This document shows positions 18,916 to 28,424 of a DNA stretch of 64,000 nucleotides, one piece after another. Made by a program: the position numbers and the translations under genes. How positions within the stretch are numbered: the stretch's first letter is position 1; each line of letters starts with the position of its first letter. The notes below the pieces were generated by a model, which was not told the DNA's origin, ran no database searches, and saw only the letters and a program-made list of their open reading frames with translations. Origin of the DNA: a candidate division FCPU426 bacterium (GTDB lineage Bacteria > Oederibacteriota > Muellerivitia > Muellerivitales > Muellerivitaceae); contig CAVRAL010000004.1 in NCBI GenBank assembly GCA_963719085.1, forward strand, positions 864,001 through 928,000, read 5' to 3'.

Positions 18916-19044
18916 AACCACGGATGAACACGGATGCACACAGATAAAGCTTAAACAAATCCAAAGGGTTCAAAGTTTTTAATATCCCCCACGGATTTGA
19001 GATTATCCCTATCCATCTGTGTGTATCTGTGTCCATCTGTGGTT
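18916..19044. repeat. Inverted-repeat element of tandem CACGGAT/CACAGAT units (family C related)
   Basis: AACCACGGATGAACACGGATGCACACAGAT...ATCTGTGTGTATCTGTGTCCATCTGTGGTT. Confidence 0.85.
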
Positions 19045-19129
19045 AATTAGGTTTTGTCTTGCTTGACAGCCGCTCCGCCCTCTTTTAACTTGAGACCCGT
19101 TTCAAACCCATTCCCCATCAGGAGGCCGC

Positions 19130-19669
19130 ATGCCCGAGGAAATTGAAGTCCCCACTGAGCATTTGCATGAAGCGATGGAAGAAGGCGCGGAAGAATCGAA
19201 AGAAAAATGGATCTTGGGCGTGGCCTTAAGCTCCGCCCTTTTAGCCGGCTTCGCGGCCATAGCGGCCCTGTCCGCCGGGCATAACGCCAACGAGGCCATG
19301 CTGGACCAGATCAAGGCCTCCGATCAATGGAACTATTACCAGGCCAAGGGCATCAAATCCATGGTTCTGGAATCCAAACTGGAGCTCTTGAAAGCCCAGC
19401 ACCACGCGGTTTCCAAGGATGACACGGACAAGGTGGCCCAGTACAAGGACGACCAGGAAAAAATCAGCGACGAAGCTAAGGAAGACGAGGAATCCTCCGA
19501 GTCGCACCTGAAGCACCACGAGAACCTGGCCTTCAGCGTGACCTTTTTCCAAGTGGCCATCGCGGTAGGCGCCATTTCCGCCCTGGCCCGCCGGCGCGCC
19601 TTTTGGTTTGTCAGCTTAGGCTTCGGAGTGGTGGGAATTATATTTCTCTCGATGGGATTCTGGGGTTAA
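19130..19669 (+). CDS. DUF4337-like membrane protein
   Basis: ASDQWNYYQAKGIK, FQVAIAVGAISAL. Confidence 0.8.
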   Translation: MPEEIEVPTEHLHEAMEEGAEESKEKWILGVALSSALLAGFAAIAALSAGHNANEAMLDQIKASDQWNYYQAKGIKSMVLESKLELLKAQHHAVSKDDTDKVAQYKDDQEKISDEAKEDEESSESHLKHHENLAFSVTFFQVAIAVGAISALARRRAFWFVSLGFGVVGIIFLSMGFWG

Positions 19670-19732
19670 GGGTTCTGGTCTGAATTAAGCGCAGGAACCA
19701 AAGTTTCTTTAGTCTTAAAATGGATGGGTTCA

Positions 19733-19764
19733 AAAAAAGGGCCGCCTGATAGGCGGCCCTTTTT
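19733..19764. terminator. Bidirectional intrinsic terminator
   Basis: AAAAAAGGGCCGCCT-GAT-AGGCGGCCCTTTTT. Confidence 0.85.
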
Positions 19765-19775
19765 CGTTTAGAACT

Positions 19776-19918
19776 TTAGGGATGGTGAACTACTCGGCCA
19801 TGGGCGACCTTGTGAATCACGCTGGCGATGAAGGTTTGATAAGACAAGCCCGCTTCCATTCACTCTTTTGAAAGGCGCGTAAAACTTCCCGCTCTTCACG
19901 GGTTAATTTATCTTTCAT
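19776..19918 (-). pseudogene. Internally deleted CopG/RHH-type antitoxin gene
   Basis: MKDKLTREEREVLRAFQKSEWK in one frame joined out of frame to MEAGLSYQTFIASVIHKVAHG. Confidence 0.7.
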
Positions 19919-20100
19919 GTTGGTCCCCCTTCATAAATTTATGCCAATGTGTTCCTTTTGGTAACAATCACGAATTAAAGGAAAAGGTTTATCCTTTAAA
20001 ACTATCATTTTGAGAAATCAAACGGCTTACCGGGCGTTTTATTAAAGAATGATCTCTCGCCGGGGTAAAATACCTCCAGTTCAATTTCAGGAGGTACAGG

Positions 20101-20505
20101 ATGAGCCAGTTTTCAAAGTATTCGGACGAAGCCTACGGCGCGCTGCGCATTGTGGCGGGGTTGCTGTTTAGCTTTCACGGGGCCCAGAAGATTCTGGGGT
20201 TATTGTCGGACCCGGCCATGATGCCGCCGGTGGGATCTCAAATGTGGATCGGCGGGATTATTGAGCTCGTCGGCGGGCTCTTGATCATGCTGGGCCTTTT
20301 CACCTGCTACGCGGGCCTATTAGCCAGCGGCGAGATGGCGGTCGCTTATTTCCAATTCCATTGGAAATTCGCCTTCAATGATAATTTTTTCCCGATCGTG
20401 AATCATGGCGAGATGGCCGTGATTTATTGCTTCTTGTTCCTGTACATCGCCGTTCATGGCGGGGGCAAGTGGTCGGTCGATAGCGCGATGAAGAATAAAA
20501 AATAA
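20101..20505 (+). CDS. DoxX family membrane protein
   Basis: LRIVAGLLF.FHGAQK, IELVGG, SGEMAVAYF, NHGE, GGGKWSVD. Confidence 0.92.
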   Translation: MSQFSKYSDEAYGALRIVAGLLFSFHGAQKILGLLSDPAMMPPVGSQMWIGGIIELVGGLLIMLGLFTCYAGLLASGEMAVAYFQFHWKFAFNDNFFPIVNHGEMAVIYCFLFLYIAVHGGGKWSVDSAMKNKK

Positions 20506-20520
20506 GTAACGAATTTTTCT

Positions 20521-20550
20521 AAGGCCTAGCCATTCGGCTAGGCCTTTTTT
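20521..20550 (+). terminator. Intrinsic terminator
   Basis: AGGCCTAGCC-ATTC-GGCTAGGCCT followed by T tract. Confidence 0.85.
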
Positions 20551-20560
20551 ATTTAAGGAA

Positions 20561-20598
20561 CCCTCGCCCCTTGCGGGAGAGGGCTGGGGTGAGGGGTG
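20561..20598. repeat. REP-like palindrome, family D
   Basis: CCCTCGCCCCTTGCGGGAGAGGGCTGGGGTGAGGGGTG. Confidence 0.8.
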
Positions 20599-20616
20599 CC
20601 AGCAGTTAAAGACGGA

Positions 20617-21609
20617 TCATTTCAGTATTTTCCACTCATAAATCCGATAGCCATCATCCTTCGCCACGCCTTCATAGATATTGCCTTTGGAATCCACAAA
20701 GACCGTATGGTCTTGGATTGTGGTCAGGTCCTCGTCCGCGGTGATGAGTTCCACCAAGCCATAAGCCTTCCTCGCCGGGTCTTCCACGAAAACCCAATTG
20801 GTGAAATTGCCCTTGGGGTAGCAGACCACCTCGTTGTAGATTTTGCCGTCCCGCTCGGCCAGGGGCGCCGTGCCGTCCACGAAGGGTTTTCCCAGCAGGA
20901 AAAACTTTGAGTTCTTGTCCACCTGCAGGCGGTCGGCCTGGTCATGGTAATAGCGGCTGGTGGCGTGAAAAACCGGGAGTGTTTTCACGTGGTCGTTCCA
21001 CCGCGCCTCGTCGTCAATGGCCGCGAATTTCGCGAAGCCCCCGTCCCTCACCGGCGCGCTTAAGGAGTCCAGGGCCGTGAAGCTTCCGTCGTCATGGATG
21101 CTGTAGATCCCGCCGTTTTGAAGGGCGTACCTGGAATGGGGCTGGTCCGGGTCCAGTTCCGTCTTTTTACCCGTGACCAATCCCTTAGCATCCAGCAGGA
21201 TCAGCTGGGCGCCGGGTTTGGACATGACCTCAAAGTTTATTTTTTCATGCCGCTCCCGCGACGTTTCCAGTTGCTCCAAAAGGGCCACGCCCCCGTTGGG
21301 AAGCGCCTCCACCGAGGTAAAGCCGAAGAAGCTTTTGCCCTCGTCCAGCGGGGAAATGGTTTGAAGGAAACGCCCGTTAGGTTGATAAAGGAAAAAGTCG
21401 CGGCCTTCTTCCACCCAGAAACGCCCATGGCTGTCGACCACAAGGTCATCGGCCCCCTGGGTGGAAACGCCGGGGGTCGGGGTCTCGGCCCAGCGAAGGG
21501 TGGCAAGGTGCTGGGGAGCGGAAAAGGCGATCGTGCCGGCTTGCGTGGCCGAAGGGCCAAAGGTCAAAAGCCCGAGGATTAAAAAGGTTTTGAGCGGTTT
21601 ATTTTGCAT
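20617..21609 (-). CDS. Exported hypothetical protein, possible beta-propeller
   Basis: Signal peptide; NHL-like VVDSHGRFWV and FVDSKGNIY. Confidence 0.65.
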   Translation of the reverse strand: MQNKPLKTFLILGLLTFGPSATQAGTIAFSAPQHLATLRWAETPTPGVSTQGADDLVVDSHGRFWVEEGRDFFLYQPNGRFLQTISPLDEGKSFFGFTSVEALPNGGVALLEQLETSRERHEKINFEVMSKPGAQLILLDAKGLVTGKKTELDPDQPHSRYALQNGGIYSIHDDGSFTALDSLSAPVRDGGFAKFAAIDDEARWNDHVKTLPVFHATSRYYHDQADRLQVDKNSKFFLLGKPFVDGTAPLAERDGKIYNEVVCYPKGNFTNWVFVEDPARKAYGLVELITADEDLTTIQDHTVFVDSKGNIYEGVAKDDGYRIYEWKILK

Positions 21610-21636
21610 TTTCTTTTTTCCGGCGGATTTAAATTC

Positions 21637-21674
21637 CCCTCGCCCCTTGAGGGAGAGGGTCAGGGCGAGGGGTG
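21637..21674. repeat. REP-like palindrome, family D
   Basis: CCCTCGCCCCTTGAGGGAGAGGGTCAGGGCGAGGGGTG. Confidence 0.8.
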
Positions 21675-21776
21675 CTAAAACTGTACTTCCAATCCTATCC
21701 TGTTTAGACGCCCGGGAAAAAATTAAAGTGTTGAGTCCTCTTCCTAAGATGTTCTGTAACTATTGGGGGATTGGAA

Positions 21777-22613
21777 TTAAGGGCTGGAAGTCACCGGGCT
21801 TTGGCCGGAAGCCAAATCTACCCTTACGCCCACACTGAGCAGGTCTGAATTGTCAGCTGATTCATCATTCCCGCCGCCTGCATTGGGACTGACGCTGGCA
21901 GGATTGGCGCCGTTGACACCGCTGCCGTTGAAACCCGAAGGGATGGGAGTGGGGACCGGGGTGGCGTTATTGGTTTGGGCAGTTTCGCCGTGGCGGCCGC
22001 CATGGTGTTTGGCGCCCGAGCGGGCATCGGTTTCCACGCCCTCAAAATTAACGCCGATGGCCTTGCTGGCGGCGAAGGCCGCGGGGAAGAAATTTTGGTT
22101 CTTATCCTTGAGCGGTATTTTGATCACGCAACTGTAATGATTCTCCGAATAGGAAGCGGCCGCGTTAAAGCCATAGCCCCCCAGAACCTCGGCGCTGGTA
22201 AAAAATTCCTGTCCCTTGGGTTCAATGAATTGCAGGTCGTCGGACCCGCGCGCGTTGGAAGCTAAAAAGCGGATGCCAAAGAACTTTTCGTCGCCCCCAT
22301 TCGGATCCAGCCAAATGGTCAGACCGTTGGTTTCCAGGACCTGGGCATATTGGGTGTAAACGTCGCCTTCCAGGTCGTTGACGGCCAGAGCGAGGTAAAG
22401 GAATTCGCCGTTATTGGAAACCCCCAGCGAAACCTTGCCGTCCTCAAACTGGGACATGGGCCCGGCCCAATCGGAGATGCCGGGTTGGATGCTGGGTCGA
22501 ATGGCCATATCCTGGGCCTGCCAGGCACTTTTGAGGTCGGCGGTCTCGCAACCGGTTAATTGGCAGACGGCAATGGCAGATAGAAGCCAAAAGCCACAGG
22601 GTCTTTTTCCCAT
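21777..22613 (-). CDS. Putative lipoprotein
   Basis: Lipobox LTGC after ATG 22613; NGLTIWLDP..KFFGIRF; low-complexity C-terminus. Confidence 0.65.
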   Translation of the reverse strand: MGKRPCGFWLLSAIAVCQLTGCETADLKSAWQAQDMAIRPSIQPGISDWAGPMSQFEDGKVSLGVSNNGEFLYLALAVNDLEGDVYTQYAQVLETNGLTIWLDPNGGDEKFFGIRFLASNARGSDDLQFIEPKGQEFFTSAEVLGGYGFNAAASYSENHYSCVIKIPLKDKNQNFFPAAFAASKAIGVNFEGVETDARSGAKHHGGRHGETAQTNNATPVPTPIPSGFNGSGVNGANPASVSPNAGGGNDESADNSDLLSVGVRVDLASGQSPVTSSP

Positions 22614-22771
22614 GGAAATCCCTTCGTGGTGCAAAACAACGTGGTTCCTTTTAGACGGTGTGAAAGGGTTAAAGTATCGCGTCAGGTTTAAGAGTTTCTC
22701 CTTAACCGTCTTCAATTCGCAAGTTATTATGTCTTTTAAAATGTTTCAACCTTAAGGTGGAACAACGTTAT

Positions 22772-23137
22772 ATGAGTGATCAAAAAGCAACAATTTCCGA
22801 ACTTAAAATTATTGTCAAAAATTTTTGTGAAGAGCGTGATTGGGATCAATTTCATGGACCTAAAGATTTAGCTATTGGAATTGTTACTGAAGCTTCGGAA
22901 TTATTAGGCCACTTTCGGTTCAAATCAGAATCAGAAACTAGAAAGTATTTAAAAAATTCTAAGAAGCGATTAGAAATTGAAGATGAAGTTGCTGATACAC
23001 TCTTTATGATTTTGCGGTTAGCTCAGAAATATGACATTGATCTAAGTGGAGCATTAAAACGAAAAATGGTCCAAAATCATAAGAAATATCCCATAAAAAA
23101 AGCCAAAGGCAGCAATAAGAAGTACAACGAATTATGA
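22772..23137 (+). CDS. MazG-like nucleotide pyrophosphohydrolase (DCTPP1/RS21-C6-like)
   Basis: ERDWDQFHGPKDLAI..EASEL, EDEVAD, KM..N.KKYP. Confidence 0.88.
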   Translation: MSDQKATISELKIIVKNFCEERDWDQFHGPKDLAIGIVTEASELLGHFRFKSESETRKYLKNSKKRLEIEDEVADTLFMILRLAQKYDIDLSGALKRKMVQNHKKYPIKKAKGSNKKYNEL

Positions 23138-25068
23138 GACTTTATTCCGGAAGTTCTACCCAGTTCATTCAAGACTCAACTCGAAATCAAATCGCGGATA
23201 AGCTCAAACAGTCATTCTTTGAATATTTTCGTTATAACCCCTCTGTGAACGAGGTTAACTCCTGGCGCCACTCACTTTTGGCAGTTTCCTCGGTTTTTAA
23301 TGAAGCTAAGCTTTTAGATCATGGTGTTCTTTTGGAATATCAACTTCCGTTAAGTTCTAAGCGATTAGATTGCATGATTACCGGTAAAGACAAAAGTGGT
23401 TTAGACAATGCGGTCATTATTGAGTTGAAACAGTGGGAAAAATGCAAAGATTCTGATTGCGAAAACGAAGTTATGACTTGGGTTGGTGGTGCCGAAAGAG
23501 AAGTCCTGCATCCTTCCGCTCAAGTTGGACAATACAAAACATATTTACAAGACTCGCACACAGCCTTTTATGAAGGCAATGCTCCGATTGATTTAAATGC
23601 ATGCTCATATTTACATAACTATCCAAAAGAAAAAAACGATGTCATTTTTCTTGAGAAATTTGAAAATATTATAAAAGCCAATCCGCTTTTTACCAAAGAC
23701 GATGTTCCTGCATTGGAAGAATATCTTTTGACAAAGCTTGAAAAAGGCCACGGCATAGATGTATTGGAGAAAGTAGAGAAGAGTAAATATCGGCCGAGTA
23801 AAAAGCTTATGAATCATGTTGCGAATGTTATTAAAGGGAAATCCGAATACATTTTATTGGATGAACAATTAGTCGTTTTTGACAGAGTTTTGAGCACCGC
23901 AAAGCAGAGTTTGACTGATAAGAAAAAGTCTATCGTAATTATTAAAGGTGGGCCGGGAACCGGGAAATCGGTCATCGCGATCAATTTAATGGCTGAACTA
24001 TTAGCAAAAGAATTCAATGCGCACTATGTAACTGGTTCTAGGGCCTTTACGGAAACGCTTCGAAAAATTATTGGTGCTCGAGGTTCTTCTGAATTTAAAT
24101 ATTTTAATAGCTATGCCAAAGCCGAACGTCATGAAATAGATGTTTTAGTATGTGACGAAGCCCATCGCATAAGAGAAACAAGTAATAGCCGGTTTACAAA
24201 AAAGGAAAACAGATCAAATCTTCCGCAAATTGAAGAATTGTTGAAAGCCGGAAAAACTTGTGTATTTTTTCTTGATGACGACCAGGTTGTTCGACCCGGG
24301 GAAATAGGCTCGACGAAGTATTTGAAAGAAACCGCGCTTAAACAGGGATGTCAAATACATGAGTACGAATTGGAAGCACAATTTCGATGCAGCGGCTCGG
24401 ATGGATTTGTAAATTGGATTAATAACACTTTGGCGATTAAAAGAACCGCGAACGTAATTTGGAATTCTGGCAAAGAAGACTTTGAGTTTAAAGTTTTTGA
24501 AAGCCCCGAATCTTTAGAGACGGCTATTAGAAAAAAAGTTGAGGAAGGACAGACAGGACGAGTAACGGCAGGTTTTTGCTGGAAATGGTCTAACGCCAAT
24601 CCCGATGGGACATTACCGAGCGACGTCATTATTGGCGATTATAAACGACCCTGGGACGCTAGGCCCGAGGCAAAAAAGTTAGCTCCGGGAATACCCAAAG
24701 CCTCTCTTTGGGCTTACGACCCAAATGGAATTAATCAAATTGGTTGTGTTTATACCGCTCAGGGATTTGAATTTGATTATGTGGGAGTCATTTTTGGCAA
24801 AGATTTGACTTACAATTTTGATCAACAGGCTTGGGAAGGTCATAAAGAGAATAATGCGGATACTGTTGTGAAGCGATCGAAAGAAAAATTTTCGGATTTA
24901 GTCAAAAACACATATAGGGTTCTTTTGTCCCGCGGCCTAAAAGGTTGTTACGTTTATTTTATGGATAAAGATACTGAGAGATTTTTCAAGAGCCGAATGG
25001 AATTTGAATATTTTGTTGATAATGATGAAATCTCGAAGGCTGCTGAAGCTCACGAAAATAAGTTCTAA
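23134..25068 (+). CDS. DUF2075 / Schlafen group 3-like nuclease-helicase
   Basis: N-terminal LEY..RLD..IIELKQW, Walker A GGPGTGKS, Walker B DEAHR, QFRC, GCVYTAQGFEFDYVG, NTYRVLLSRG; ATGA overlap with the MazG-like gene. Confidence 0.9.
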   Translation: MRLYSGSSTQFIQDSTRNQIADKLKQSFFEYFRYNPSVNEVNSWRHSLLAVSSVFNEAKLLDHGVLLEYQLPLSSKRLDCMITGKDKSGLDNAVIIELKQWEKCKDSDCENEVMTWVGGAEREVLHPSAQVGQYKTYLQDSHTAFYEGNAPIDLNACSYLHNYPKEKNDVIFLEKFENIIKANPLFTKDDVPALEEYLLTKLEKGHGIDVLEKVEKSKYRPSKKLMNHVANVIKGKSEYILLDEQLVVFDRVLSTAKQSLTDKKKSIVIIKGGPGTGKSVIAINLMAELLAKEFNAHYVTGSRAFTETLRKIIGARGSSEFKYFNSYAKAERHEIDVLVCDEAHRIRETSNSRFTKKENRSNLPQIEELLKAGKTCVFFLDDDQVVRPGEIGSTKYLKETALKQGCQIHEYELEAQFRCSGSDGFVNWINNTLAIKRTANVIWNSGKEDFEFKVFESPESLETAIRKKVEEGQTGRVTAGFCWKWSNANPDGTLPSDVIIGDYKRPWDARPEAKKLAPGIPKASLWAYDPNGINQIGCVYTAQGFEFDYVGVIFGKDLTYNFDQQAWEGHKENNADTVVKRSKEKFSDLVKNTYRVLLSRGLKGCYVYFMDKDTERFFKSRMEFEYFVDNDEISKAAEAHENKF

Positions 25069-25108
25069 ATGGTATTAAAAAAACTGGTGATTCTATAATG
25101 TTCATATC

Positions 25109-26020
25109 GTGAAAAATACAGACAATCAAATAAGGTTAAAAGCATTCAATTTTCTCGAACATCTACAAACTCTTTATAGAGATAATATTCCGCGCGCTCT
25201 TTTGGAGCGGGGATTTTTATATGAAAATCGAAAAGTTCCGTTGATTGGCCCCCAAGGAATATTTAAGCCGGCTGTTTTATCCGAGATTCCCATTAGTATA
25301 ACGACCGCTCCCATTGTCGATGGACGCCCTCGACCATACGATGATTCTTCAGCCGATGGGTTTATCAATTATAAATATCGAGGAACTGATCCCAATCATC
25401 ACGAAAATGTTGGTCTTCGAAAAGCGATTGAATCACGAACGCCACTTATTCATTTTCATGGAGTGGTTCCTGGTGTTTATTCAGCCGTTTGGCCCGTTTA
25501 TATTGTGGGAGATAATCCTCAAAAACTAACTTTTACAGTCGCCGTAGACGAGAAAGAGCAATTGTATATACCGGATCAAAGAGAAGCCGTTATTGTGATG
25601 GAGGCGCGGAGACGTTATCAAACTGTTGAAACTCAAATGCGACTTCACCAAGCGGGATTTCGGTATAAAGTATTAAAGGCTTATCAAGAGAGATGCGCCA
25701 TCTGTCATCTTCAACAGCCAAAATTGTTGGAAGCAGCGCATATTCTGCCAGACAAGCATCCGCAAGGCTTACCGGTAGTTCAAAATGGTATTTCACTTTG
25801 CATGATCCATCATGGTGCCTATGACAATAATATTGTCGGTATAAGTCCTGACTATTCTGTTGAACTAAATCATGAGGTTTTAAAACAGAAGGATGGTCCA
25901 ATGCTTTTACACGGGCTCCAAGAATTCCATGAAAAAAAATTAATTCTTCCGAGAAGTCGATCAGAATGGCCGAAACCCGAATTTTTAGAAGAACGCTATC
26001 GTGAATTTAAGGCGAGCTGA
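25109..26020 (+). CDS. HNH endonuclease, putative restriction enzyme
   Basis: RLHQAGFR..VL.AY..RCAIC, LEAAHI, NGISLC..HH.AYD. Confidence 0.88.
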   Translation: MKNTDNQIRLKAFNFLEHLQTLYRDNIPRALLERGFLYENRKVPLIGPQGIFKPAVLSEIPISITTAPIVDGRPRPYDDSSADGFINYKYRGTDPNHHENVGLRKAIESRTPLIHFHGVVPGVYSAVWPVYIVGDNPQKLTFTVAVDEKEQLYIPDQREAVIVMEARRRYQTVETQMRLHQAGFRYKVLKAYQERCAICHLQQPKLLEAAHILPDKHPQGLPVVQNGISLCMIHHGAYDNNIVGISPDYSVELNHEVLKQKDGPMLLHGLQEFHEKKLILPRSRSEWPKPEFLEERYREFKAS

Positions 26021-26084
26021 AGAATTTAAAGAGCATTGTATTTGGTTTGAGAGTTTAAACGAAAAATTCTGCAAGGAGTAAATT

Positions 26085-26660
26085 ATGATCTTCTTCATCT
26101 GGTTCCTCAATCTCGGCATCAGCATCTGGAACTCCTACTCGGTGGGCAAAGTCTGGGTTGAGGCCAAGCACGCTGGCGGCGGGTACCAATTCATGGCCTG
26201 GATGGGATATCTCATGGCCTCCATCGGCTTTAGCTACGACATCCTCATTGTGGTGGGGCTTTACCTGCAAGGGGTGGGCAAGATCACCCCGGATCAGCTC
26301 CAACTATTCTTTAACATGGGCGAGGTGCTCCTCATTCCCGCGATCCTCTTTTCGGGCTATGCCATCATGTTCCAAAGCTGGGCTAACGCTTATCGCAACC
26401 ACTCGATTCCCAACATGGGCATCGCCGCTTACAACACCTACGCGAATATCCACAATACCTTCAACGCGGTCAGTACTTTTCCGCACGCTTTTGGCAGTGT
26501 GTTCAAGGCTTTGACTGGCGGAGACAGCAAGAACAAGGGAAGCGGCCTTATTATTTTTGTGGCGATCTGCTGCGTCTTCTCCGGCTTCATCGTGGCGGGG
26601 CTCATCGTCCATTATGTCGCGGGGCGGAACACCGAAGTCCCCGACCGGGTTGTTTCTTAA
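26085..26660 (+). CDS. Hypothetical 4-TM membrane protein
   Basis: RBS AAGGAG; four hydrophobic segments. Confidence 0.7.
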   Translation: MIFFIWFLNLGISIWNSYSVGKVWVEAKHAGGGYQFMAWMGYLMASIGFSYDILIVVGLYLQGVGKITPDQLQLFFNMGEVLLIPAILFSGYAIMFQSWANAYRNHSIPNMGIAAYNTYANIHNTFNAVSTFPHAFGSVFKALTGGDSKNKGSGLIIFVAICCVFSGFIVAGLIVHYVAGRNTEVPDRVVS

Positions 26661-26794
26661 TAATTCAAAGATGTGAGAAGTGCCATTTCACCATTCGTTT
26701 GACTTAATAATGACTATGCCAAATATTGTTTGATTTGGAGCGGATTCACGGGTAGTATACGGGTGTATTCCAATAAAACATCCAGTGTGAACCC

Positions 26795-27652
26795 GTGCCA
26801 GACGAATCTTTCGAACTTCCTCAATTAGTCGATGATGGTTTATTCACGCCCGAAATTAAACCCCACTCCTTGGAAAAATATCGCGCGCTTAGTTATATCC
26901 TCAAGATTTTCACTACGAGCATGAAGAGCAAATGGAAAAATCGAGTTTATATCGATTTGTTTTCAGGGGCCGGTCGTTCAAGGTTGGAAGATAAAGAAAT
27001 AATTGTTCCAGGCTCCCCTTTGCTCGCTTTGGGAGTACAGGACCCCTTTGATAAGTATATTTTTTGTGAAAAAGAAACGGAATTGTGCTCCGTTTTGAAT
27101 CAACGGGTCTTGGCCAAATATGAGTCTGCGAAATTCACGATTATTTCGGGTGACGTTAACCAAAACGTCGGATCAATCTTGACCGAGATCCCGAAATTCG
27201 GGAAAGGAAGTTCTTGCCTTTCCTTTTGTCTTGTTGACCCCTATAAAATCGGACAGTTGAGTTTTTCGACGATAAGTGAACTAAGTGCCGTATTCATGGA
27301 TTTTTTGGTTTTGATCCCATCATTTATGGACGTGAGACGGAATCAAGCCATCTATTTGCAAGAGGATGACTCTTCGATAGCGACGTTCGTCGGCGATCTG
27401 ACTTGGCGGGCCAAGTGGGCGGAAAGCGAGCGTAAGGGGATAAAAATCGGTCTTTTTATTCTCGACCATTTTGGTCAGAAAATGAAAGAGCTGGGTTACT
27501 TATACCCCGGTCCAGAGGATGCGGTTACTATATGCGTAGATGGAATGAGCGTTCCGCTATATCACCTCTACCTGTTCAGCAAGAATCCAAGAGGGGTGGA
27601 TTTCTGGCGTAAAACAACCAGTCGTTTTACTGATCAACCAAGACTTCTATAG
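26795..27652 (+). CDS. tcmP: Three-Cys-motif partner protein (SAM-MTase-like fold)
   Basis: HSLEK, YIDLFSGAG, GSPL, LVDPY, LYHLYLFSKN; adjacent to DUF5131. Confidence 0.85.
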   Translation: MPDESFELPQLVDDGLFTPEIKPHSLEKYRALSYILKIFTTSMKSKWKNRVYIDLFSGAGRSRLEDKEIIVPGSPLLALGVQDPFDKYIFCEKETELCSVLNQRVLAKYESAKFTIISGDVNQNVGSILTEIPKFGKGSSCLSFCLVDPYKIGQLSFSTISELSAVFMDFLVLIPSFMDVRRNQAIYLQEDDSSIATFVGDLTWRAKWAESERKGIKIGLFILDHFGQKMKELGYLYPGPEDAVTICVDGMSVPLYHLYLFSKNPRGVDFWRKTTSRFTDQPRLL

Positions 27653-27660
27653 GAGCATTC

Positions 27661-28401
27661 ATGGCTGAAACTTCCACGATTGAATGGACCAACGCTACTT
27701 GGAATCCCGTGACCGGATGCCATAAAGTCAGCGCGGGATGCGCCAACTGTTACGCGGAACGTTTTGCCGAAAGATGGCGGGGAATTCCCGGGCATCCGTA
27801 CGAGCAAGGGTTTGATTTAAAAACTTGGCCTGAAAGGCTGAATCTTCCCTTGGGCTGGAAAGATTCCAGGACGATCTTTGTTAACTCCATGTCCGACCTG
27901 TTCCACCAGGACATTCCCTTAAAGTTCGTGAAACAGGTTTTTGAAGTCATGAACAAGGCCCATTGGCATCAATTTCAGGTGTTGACCAAAAGAGCCGACC
28001 GCCTTGAAAAATTAGGCGCCCATTTGAAGTGGACCCCGAATATTTGGATGGGGGTAAGCGTTGAATCCGAAAAATTTGCTTATAGGATCGATTCGCTTCG
28101 AAAGACAAAGGCCAAGGTGAAGTTTCTTTCTTTAGAACCCCTGCTGGGGCCCCTACCGCGTTTAAAGCTGAGGGGCATCCATTGGGCCATCGTGGGGGGC
28201 GAATCCGGTCCTGGCGCCAGGCCGATGGAAAAAGAATGGGTGATTGATATCCGTAAACAATGTGTGAAGGCAAAAGTTCCTTTCTTTTTCAAACAATGGG
28301 GTGGCGTCTGGAAGAAAAAGAACGGGCGGGTACTGGACGGGCGAACCTGGAATCAAATGCCGAAATCCAACCGAAAAATGGAATTGATTTCCGCTAAATA
28401 G
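27661..28401 (+). CDS. DUF5131 / phage Gp37-Gp68 family protein
   Basis: IEWT..TWNP.TGC.KVS.GC.NCYA, FVNSMSDLFH, FLSLEPLL, GGESG, FFFKQWGG. Confidence 0.93.
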   Translation: MAETSTIEWTNATWNPVTGCHKVSAGCANCYAERFAERWRGIPGHPYEQGFDLKTWPERLNLPLGWKDSRTIFVNSMSDLFHQDIPLKFVKQVFEVMNKAHWHQFQVLTKRADRLEKLGAHLKWTPNIWMGVSVESEKFAYRIDSLRKTKAKVKFLSLEPLLGPLPRLKLRGIHWAIVGGESGPGARPMEKEWVIDIRKQCVKAKVPFFFKQWGGVWKKKNGRVLDGRTWNQMPKSNRKMELISAK

Positions 28402-28424
28402 CGAGCCGATGAGAAATTCTAAAT

